Assembly (NCBI GenBank): GCA_045647825.1
Contig: JAZRMS010000049.1
Span: 1 to 32,927 of the forward strand
Source of the DNA: Christensenellaceae bacterium
GTDB taxonomy: Bacteria > Bacillota > Clostridia > Christensenellales > Borkfalkiaceae
Direction: 5' to 3'
Length of the DNA: 32,927 bases
Positions 24,453-30,522 of this stretch are shown piece by piece (positions within the stretch are counted from its first letter, which is position 1; every line of letters starts with the position of its first letter). The notes under the pieces were generated by a model that ran no database searches, had not been told where the DNA came from, and saw only the letters and a list, made by a program, of their open reading frames with translations. Made by a program: the position numbers and the translations under genes.

Positions 24453-25994
24453 ATGATATCATTGCCTAAAGACGGTTTATACTTAATGTATTTAAGAAAA
24501 TCTAGGCAAGACGACCCCAACGAAACTGTGGAAGAAGTGTTACAAAAACACGAGTCACGCTTGCAAGAATTTGCTCTTAGAACGTTAGGCTATAGAATAG
24601 AAGAAAAAAATATCTATCGTGAAATCGTTTCTGGCGAAACAATAGACGATAGACCTAAAATAAATGAAATCTTTAGAAGATTAGAGCAAGAAGACGTTAC
24701 CGGCGTTCTCGTTGTCAATTGTTCTAGACTTTCGCGTGGCGACCTTGTCGACTGTGGCACAGTAATTCGATGCTTTCTTTATACTAACACGCTTATAATA
24801 ACAGACCTTAAAACTTTCGACCCAAAAGACAAGTTCGACAGACGTATGCTCGAACACGAACTTACAAGCGGTAATTTCTACCTAGAAGAAGCAAAAACGT
24901 ATATGGTAACAGGTAGAGTAGAAAGCGCAAAAAGGGGTAATTTCGTAGGCTCTATAGCCCCTTACGGCTACGAAAGAGTCAAGATAGATAAATCGTGGAC
25001 TTTAAAAATAAACGAGGAACAAGCGCAATATGTAAGGCTTGCATTTGATATGTATGCTAATCAAGGTATTGGCGCTAACGCAATATCTTATAAACTAAAT
25101 AAGCTAGGCGCAAGGTCAAATAATGGCAAGCTCTTTAGGTCTTCTACTATACGTCAAATGCTAACTAACGAAATCTATTGTGGCAAGATAACGTATAAGC
25201 GCAAACCTACCGAAAAAGTTATGGAGAACGGGCGTATTGTAAAAAAGCGTAAAAGAGTAAAAGACTATATCGTTGTTGACGGCAAGCATACGCCTATAAT
25301 TAGTGAAGAACTGTTTTTAAAGGCACTAGAACAAAAAGGCAAAGTTTCTCGCGAGTCACTTTCTCACGAACTACAAAACATTTTTGCAGGGCTTATAAAG
25401 TGCCGTAAATGTAATATGGCAATAGCAATGAGAGTTTACCGTAAAGATAAAGTGCAGTTCCGTAAACCTAGATATTATTGCCGTAACGGTATTTATTGTG
25501 ACAACCAATCTGCTAACGTTGAACTTGTGCAAGAAGCTATCGTTAAAGGCTTAGAAGAGCTTATAGAAGACTTTAAGCTAAAACTCGAAAATCAAGACAA
25601 GACTACTCTCAACACTAACGAAGGGGTAATTAAGGCGCTTGAAAAACAACTTGCCGACTACACTAAACGTCAAGCAGATATATGCGACTACCTTGAAAAA
25701 GGCATCTACACAGTTGAAATGTTTATCGACCGAAAGAAGAAGATTGATAGCGAAATTGCAAGGCTTAATGAGTCGTTGGCAAAAGCTAAAGAGTCGGTAT
25801 CAAAAACTGAGAACTACGAGGAGAAAATTATAGGCTTGCATAATGCTTTAGATACAATAGCAAGTAAAGAATTATCCCCTAAAGAAAAAAACAACCTTCT
25901 AAAGAAGGTTATAAAAGCAATTTATTATTTGAAAGAGGAGGAAGAAGACGTTTCAAACTCTAAAGATATTAAGCTTGAAATCTTGCTTAATTAA
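24453..25994 (+). CDS. int: Large serine recombinase (integrase)
   Basis: Resolvase catalytic domain (YLRKSRQD with the nucleophile Ser; VVNCSRLSRGD), recombinase domain (APYGYERV), Zn-ribbon (CRKCNMAIA...YYCRNGIYCDN) and a C-terminal coiled coil. Confidence 0.92.
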   Translation: MISLPKDGLYLMYLRKSRQDDPNETVEEVLQKHESRLQEFALRTLGYRIEEKNIYREIVSGETIDDRPKINEIFRRLEQEDVTGVLVVNCSRLSRGDLVDCGTVIRCFLYTNTLIITDLKTFDPKDKFDRRMLEHELTSGNFYLEEAKTYMVTGRVESAKRGNFVGSIAPYGYERVKIDKSWTLKINEEQAQYVRLAFDMYANQGIGANAISYKLNKLGARSNNGKLFRSSTIRQMLTNEIYCGKITYKRKPTEKVMENGRIVKKRKRVKDYIVVDGKHTPIISEELFLKALEQKGKVSRESLSHELQNIFAGLIKCRKCNMAIAMRVYRKDKVQFRKPRYYCRNGIYCDNQSANVELVQEAIVKGLEELIEDFKLKLENQDKTTLNTNEGVIKALEKQLADYTKRQADICDYLEKGIYTVEMFIDRKKKIDSEIARLNESLAKAKESVSKTENYEEKIIGLHNALDTIASKELSPKEKNNLLKKVIKAIYYLKEEEEDVSNSKDIKLEILLN

Positions 25995-26001
25995 GGTGTT
26001 T

Positions 26002-26051
26002 TTGTAACACCAACGTGTTACCTATGAATACGGCACGCAATGGTGTTACAA
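26002..26051. other. Candidate attP for the serine integrase
   Basis: A 50-bp element starting 8 nt after the int stop. Perfect 10-bp terminal inverted repeats TTGTAACACC / GGTGTTACAA flank a 30-bp partially symmetric core (8 of 15 positions match). Confidence 0.45.
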
Positions 26052-26081
26052 TATAAAACAATTAAAAAGAGCAAAAAAAAT

Positions 26082-26118
26082 AAGGGAGAACGTCGAAATT
26101 ACTCGAACATTCTCCCTT
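26082..26118. terminator. Bidirectional intrinsic terminator between the integrase and the end of the late operon
   Basis: The 9-bp stem AAGGGAGAA/TTCTCCCTT is flanked by A8 on one side (U8 on the minus transcript) and ATTTATATTT on the other. Confidence 0.8.
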
Positions 26119-26161
26119 ATTTATATTTAATAATTATATAATAATGTTTATATACTAATAT

Positions 26162-27076
26162 CTATAGTGTATATCTTTTTAAGTTCTCAGGGCGTTGCTC
26201 CCAAGAGAAGAAACTGTTTAAAACTGCTATTCTCTCTTCACAACGTTTTAGTTGCAATAACTCTTCTTTCCAACCGTGTGATAGCCCGCTAAACACCGTC
26301 AATATGATAATTAACAAGTGGAGCATTGCTTTCATAAGCACTTCAGGGCTAAAGTCTAAAACTATGATGCAAGACAATTGATACGTGAAGAAAACGCTCA
26401 ATGCTGTTGTAATAAGTTTCAAGCCCCAACGATAGGCTCTGTAAAGCCAAATTCCCGTATCGCTAGATATAAAGTCTTTTCTTTTGTCATTGTCCTTTTC
26501 GTTGTATATTTGGGCTTTAGTAAGGCGTTTAGGCTTAATTTCTTTAGCTTCTTCTAACGCCTTAACTTGCCCTTCGTTTAACGTCTTTTCAAGCTTTCCG
26601 TCTAAATAAAGCTCAAAGTCTTCAAACGTTAAATTGTTACTATGTAATTTATTAAGCTGAGCCATTTTTAAGTCTTCAGCTACGTGGTCTCGGCAAAAGT
26701 CGTAAATCTTATACTCAATCTTTTTGTTTGCTATTTCGTTTATTTTTGCTTTATACTCGTCAAAAGCTTTTTTGTAAAACTCTCTGCCTTGACAACATTG
26801 TTTACCCGTTGGGTAACAATTTATGTAAAGCAAGTAAACGAGAACGGCAAGCACTATAGCCGTTGCATCAATGTTTTTTAAACTAAAGCCACCGTCATCA
26901 AAATTGTAAGTGCTTATAAGAATAATAAGTATAGGCGCAATAACAAGCAAGCCTATTGAGAACTTTGAGCCGTGTATAGTGAAAAACGAAAAAAGAGAAA
27001 ATTTCAAGTCTTTAGGTTTTGCAACTTTTTTTTCCGTAGTTTTATTTGAGTTTTTAATATCGTCTAAATAGCCCAT
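26162..27076 (-). CDS. Four-TM membrane protein with a central soluble helical domain (304 aa)
   Basis: TM helices LLVIAPILIILISTY, AIVLAVLVYLLYI, LITTALSVFFTYQLSCIIVL and LLIIILTVFSGL. It is the last gene of the late operon. Confidence 0.65.
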   Translation of the reverse strand: MGYLDDIKNSNKTTEKKVAKPKDLKFSLFSFFTIHGSKFSIGLLVIAPILIILISTYNFDDGGFSLKNIDATAIVLAVLVYLLYINCYPTGKQCCQGREFYKKAFDEYKAKINEIANKKIEYKIYDFCRDHVAEDLKMAQLNKLHSNNLTFEDFELYLDGKLEKTLNEGQVKALEEAKEIKPKRLTKAQIYNEKDNDKRKDFISSDTGIWLYRAYRWGLKLITTALSVFFTYQLSCIIVLDFSPEVLMKAMLHLLIIILTVFSGLSHGWKEELLQLKRCEERIAVLNSFFSWEQRPENLKRYTL

Positions 27077-27079
27077 TTA

Positions 27080-27532
27080 TTATTCCTTTTCTGTTAAATT
27101 TAAGCTTAAAAGTTTAGCGTTTACTTCTTGTAATGTTAATGTTTTTAATTTGTTACCGTCTTTATCTACTGCATTTTCGGTGTAAATAGTTGCTATTTGG
27201 TATGGATACCACGCTATAATTGAGCCTACTATACTTGCTATAGCAATTAAAGTTAAATCATCTAAAAATGATTTTAACCCTAAAGAAACAAGCAAGACTA
27301 CTAGAGAGCCAAAGCCTAAAGGCGTTAAAACCTTACAGAAAGACTTTACGACCTTTTTTGCATAGATAATAAAGAACAATAGCATTATTACAGAAAGGCT
27401 AGATAGTGCCGTTTCTGAAGTCTTAAAAAGCTCGTCACGCTTAATTACTGCTAAGATAATTAAAGGTATAGCGTAAATTAAAATAGAGAGCGTAGCAAAA
27501 GCTACGCCCTTTCCTTTATTGTTTAATTTCAT
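27080..27532 (-). CDS. Four-TM small membrane protein, holin-like by position (150 aa)
   Basis: Four hydrophobic helices. It is spaced 3 nt from the next gene and 17 nt from the previous one. Confidence 0.6.
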   Translation of the reverse strand: MKLNNKGKGVAFATLSILIYAIPLIILAVIKRDELFKTSETALSSLSVIMLLFFIIYAKKVVKSFCKVLTPLGFGSLVVLLVSLGLKSFLDDLTLIAIASIVGSIIAWYPYQIATIYTENAVDKDGNKLKTLTLQEVNAKLLSLNLTEKE

Positions 27533-27549
27533 TTTGGGTTTACCCCCTT

Positions 27550-28338
27550 TTAGCCTAATACTTTTTTAACAGTTTCTTCGCCTAAAGCAGTTTTTAACTT
27601 TTCAATTTCAACTTCTTTAGTTTTTAAAAGTTCGGTATTTGGGCATTTGCAAAGTTCGTTGAGCATTGCCGTTTTACCTGCATCTTGAGCAAGTATCTTT
27701 AATGCGCTTACAACCTTTTCAATATAGGCAACGTTTACGTCTGCTTTTTGTAACAACTCGCCTATTGTGTTACTGTCCAACTTAAGATTTTTAATAACGC
27801 TTGCTTCAAGCTCTGCGCATACGGTTCTTACTACACCTTCGATGCCGTCTTTAGATAAAACTTCTACTAATTCTTTATATTTGTTTTTGTCACTCTCGTT
27901 TTGAGATGCAAGCTCGCTAAGGGCTTTTACTTGCTCCCCAAGAGCTTTTACTTTCCCTGTTTTAGTAATAAATTTGCCAAGAAAAACAACAAGTAATAAT
28001 GTAGCAAGAAGAGCGACTGCGCATATAATATATAACTTCTCAGGACTCATATCAAACCTTTTAGCGAGTGCTTGCGAAACCGTTGAAACAGTAGTTTTTT
28101 GGTTTTCAGTGAGCGCTCCGTCAATAATTGCTTTAAGTTCGCTTTCTGTAAGCTCGTATTTTGGCTCTTCTACACTCTCTTTTTCGGTTTCGAGTATTTC
28201 TTCATCTTCTACGATTTCTTCGCTCTCAGTGGCAATTTCGCCTTCTACTGCACTTTCTTCTGCAAAAGCTGTAACTGTGGTAAAACTAAATATGCTAAAG
28301 CATATTAAAGCTAACAATAAATATTTTAATTTTTTCAT
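27550..28338 (-). CDS. Secreted/type-I membrane protein with an acidic ectodomain and a cytoplasmic coiled coil (262 aa)
   Basis: ATG 28338 has RBS aaggagataaaaattATG. The signal peptide is MKKLKYLLLALICFSIFSFTTVTAFA|EE, followed by an E-rich stretch and then the TM helix IICAVALLATLLLVVFLG. Confidence 0.65.
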   Translation of the reverse strand: MKKLKYLLLALICFSIFSFTTVTAFAEESAVEGEIATESEEIVEDEEILETEKESVEEPKYELTESELKAIIDGALTENQKTTVSTVSQALAKRFDMSPEKLYIICAVALLATLLLVVFLGKFITKTGKVKALGEQVKALSELASQNESDKNKYKELVEVLSKDGIEGVVRTVCAELEASVIKNLKLDSNTIGELLQKADVNVAYIEKVVSALKILAQDAGKTAMLNELCKCPNTELLKTKEVEIEKLKTALGEETVKKVLG

Positions 28339-28351
28339 AATTTTTATCTCC

Positions 28352-28771
28352 TTAAATATTAAATATGTTCTTTTTTTCGTTTTCGAGTGTTTCAACTCTT
28401 GCTTTTAAGTCTGCTATAATTTTTTCGTAGTCATCTCTTATGGCAGAGAGTTCTTTAATTGCTAAGTCTTCTGTTTGCTTAATTTTAACGCCGTCTAAAT
28501 ACCACTTTTTACCGTGTTCTGGTAAATCAACTATAACGTCTAGCCTACCAACCTTTAACAACTCTTCTTCTGTTATTGTAAGACTTAAGCTTTCAGGCAT
28601 TGTGAAAGCCTTAATATCTAAGCCGTTTTTAAGCCAAATAATAGCCTTAGAAAGGTCGTAAGACTTAGAGCTAAACAAGAGTGTAAGTTTGTCGTTTTCG
28701 GTTATATAAAACGGCTCAAAGTCGTTAAATAAAACATAACTAAGATTGTTTAATTCTACTTTTTTTACCAT
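28352..28771 (-). CDS. Hypothetical protein downstream of the fibre (possible fibre accessory/assembly protein)
   Basis: 139 aa with a C-terminal coiled coil and RBS aaggagattaaacaATG. Confidence 0.5.
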   Translation of the reverse strand: MVKKVELNNLSYVLFNDFEPFYITENDKLTLLFSSKSYDLSKAIIWLKNGLDIKAFTMPESLSLTITEEELLKVGRLDVIVDLPEHGKKWYLDGVKIKQTEDLAIKELSAIRDDYEKIIADLKARVETLENEKKNIFNI

Positions 28772-28786
28772 TGTTTAATCTCCTTA

Positions 28787-30472
28787 TTAGTCATCAAGTA
28801 AAGCGCCAGCGCTAAAAGCAGAAAGCGCTTCAAGTATTTTTTGAAGAGAGTATTTTTGTCCGTTGTAGATAATAGCGATAGTTCCGTCTTGTCTAGCTTC
28901 AAAAATGTTAGAACGGTCAGAGTCGCTTGTTCCGTTACCGACCATAAAAACAGGTCTATTGTTACCCCAATTGGAATTATCGTTATACTTTCCTACAACT
29001 GTTTGATGCTCTAACGTTGCCCCTAAGCCTTCGCCGTGAACAAAGTCGCACTCGTAGTCTGCTACAGAATTTTTACCGCCAGCGTGAGAGTGGTTTCCGT
29101 TTGCAAAAGTAAATTCTCCTTCAGCGTGAGAGCAAGCGCCAACCGCGTGAGTATTAAGACCTTCTGCGTGTGAGCATATACCGTCTGCATAAGTATTTTC
29201 GCCTTCTGCGTGTGATGAACGTTGTGTGGCGTGAGTTCCTCTTCCTTCTGCGTGTGAACCGTGATTAGTAGCAAAAGTGTTTTCGCCTTCTGCGTGTGAT
29301 GAATAACCAGATGCTTGAGAACCGCTACCTTCTGCGTGACTTTGGTCGTTGGTCGCTACACAACCATTACCTTCTGCGTGTGAACAAGCGCCTTGAGCGT
29401 GAGTATTAAGACCTTCTGCGTGTGAAACGTAACCTTCTGCATAAGCGCCAAAACCTTCAGCGTGAGCATTTTCGCCATAAGTAGTAGTTTGCTTACCTTC
29501 TGCGTGTGAGTTTGCTCCTAACGTTACGTTGTTGTTACCTTCTGCGTGTGAGTAAGCACCTTTTGCAATTGTTGTAGTGCCTTCTGCTAAACTTCTCTTT
29601 CCTTGAGCTGCACATTTACCCCCAAACGCTACTGAATAATCGCCAGTTGCTCCATATTCAATATCCGTGTTAAGTGAAGGGTCTTTTGCAATAGCGTTAG
29701 CGTTTTTGCCCCTAAAGTTAAAAAAGCCTTCTGGCACTCCTTCTTCTTGGTCTTGGAATTGTTCTACAGCATCTTTGCCTGAGCCTTTTTTAAGTGGAAT
29801 ATCTACTTCTAAGTCAACGTTTTGGAAATCGTCAAAAAGCTCGTTAATAGCCCCTACAACGGTTTTATTCCTTGTCGCAAGGTCTAAATCTTCCTTGTCT
29901 TGTTTCTCCGTTTCAAGGTCGTTTATTTCGCTTGTGTGAGTTTCTACTGTATCTTTTAACTCGTTAATTTGACCTTGTAAGTGTTCTTCGTTATGAACAA
30001 CGGTAATATTTATTGTTTGTAAAGCCTCAATAATTGATTGATAACTGTCAATATCTTCAACGGCAATAGGTGGCACGCCTGCTACTACTTCAAACTCAAA
30101 ACTAAAAGTCGCTAAAACCCTTTCTTCTCGTGTATCTTGTTCGTTGATTGTAACCAGTTCTTCGTTTGTTGCCGTAAATTGAGCCGTTACAGTGCCTGCA
30201 TAAGTAGTTAATGCAGACGGTATATCGTATTGCCACATATAGAGTTGGTTTCCGTTTTGGTCGGTAAACCCTAAATAGCCCGTTTCTGGAGCTAAAGGCG
30301 TTATTACAGTTTTTGTAAATTTTCCGTTTGGAAGCTCAAACCTAGCTTGCAGAACGTTAGTAGGAGCAAGGGGCATAACAATATAAATAGTGTTTGCCTT
30401 GTTGCTACCTTGATTGACTTGACTAGGGGTCAGAGTTATAAGCTTTCCCCCTGCGTTAAATACTGCTAACAT
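28787..30472 (-). CDS. Tail fibre/receptor-binding protein with YadA-head (Hep_Hag)-like repeats
   Basis: After an N-terminal beta-rich domain come a coiled coil, TVVGAINEL, and then 11 copies of S/A-H-A-E-G spaced 7 or 14 residues apart. The C-terminus VGNGTSDSDRSNIFEARQDG is typical of phage fibre and adhesin tips. Confidence 0.75.
   Translation of the reverse strand: MLAVFNAGGKLITLTPSQVNQGSNKANTIYIVMPLAPTNVLQARFELPNGKFTKTVITPLAPETGYLGFTDQNGNQLYMWQYDIPSALTTYAGTVTAQFTATNEELVTINEQDTREERVLATFSFEFEVVAGVPPIAVEDIDSYQSIIEALQTINITVVHNEEHLQGQINELKDTVETHTSEINDLETEKQDKEDLDLATRNKTVVGAINELFDDFQNVDLEVDIPLKKGSGKDAVEQFQDQEEGVPEGFFNFRGKNANAIAKDPSLNTDIEYGATGDYSVAFGGKCAAQGKRSLAEGTTTIAKGAYSHAEGNNNVTLGANSHAEGKQTTTYGENAHAEGFGAYAEGYVSHAEGLNTHAQGACSHAEGNGCVATNDQSHAEGSGSQASGYSSHAEGENTFATNHGSHAEGRGTHATQRSSHAEGENTYADGICSHAEGLNTHAVGACSHAEGEFTFANGNHSHAGGKNSVADYECDFVHGEGLGATLEHQTVVGKYNDNSNWGNNRPVFMVGNGTSDSDRSNIFEARQDGTIAIIYNGQKYSLQKILEALSAFSAGALLDD
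29063..29638 (-). repeat. In-frame tandem array encoding the (x)SHAEGxxTxAxGxx units
   Basis: The plus-strand 12-14-mer ccttctgcgtgtga recurs many times, mostly at a 42-nt period. Confidence 0.85.
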
Positions 30473-30492
30473 AATTTTCTCCTTTTAAATTT

Positions 30493-30518
30493 AAAAGCCC
30501 CTGTGAAAAGGGGCTTTT
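30493..30518 (-). terminator. Hairpin between the large tail gene and the fibre gene (partial terminator or processing site)
   Basis: AAAAGCCCC-N8-GGGGCTTTT forms a 9-10 bp GC-cored stem in the 49-nt gap. Confidence 0.5.
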
Positions 30519-30522
30519 AGTT

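Noticed and set aside
29063-29638. The regularly spaced DNA repeats as a CRISPR-like array
   Set aside because: The 42-nt period lies in frame inside a long ORF and encodes a peptide repeat. There are no unique spacers of CRISPR size and no cas genes.
859-29939. The plus-strand track ORFs inside the minus-strand blocks: 859..1074, 1228..1455, 2289..2600, 4937..5182, 5061..5282, 5331..5603, 8120..8377, 12352..12576, 13044..13286, 14788..14997, 15680..15952, 17239..17442, 17364..17552, 18366..18554, 19063..19290, 19322..19561, 26684..26881, 27974..28408, 28099..28308, 28440..28661 and 29667..29939. Also 24071..24385(-), 25639..25833(+) and 29062..29274(-).
   Set aside because: All lie antisense to or out of frame within much longer ORFs that carry motifs. 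They lack Shine-Dalgarno sequences and have low-complexity, shadow-like compositions (for example the Ser-rich mirror of the acidic scaffold gene). I treat them as shadow ORFs.
28787-30472. Diversity-generating retroelement targeting the fibre
   Set aside because: The genome has no reverse transcriptase ORF and no template-repeat copy of the fibre C-terminus.
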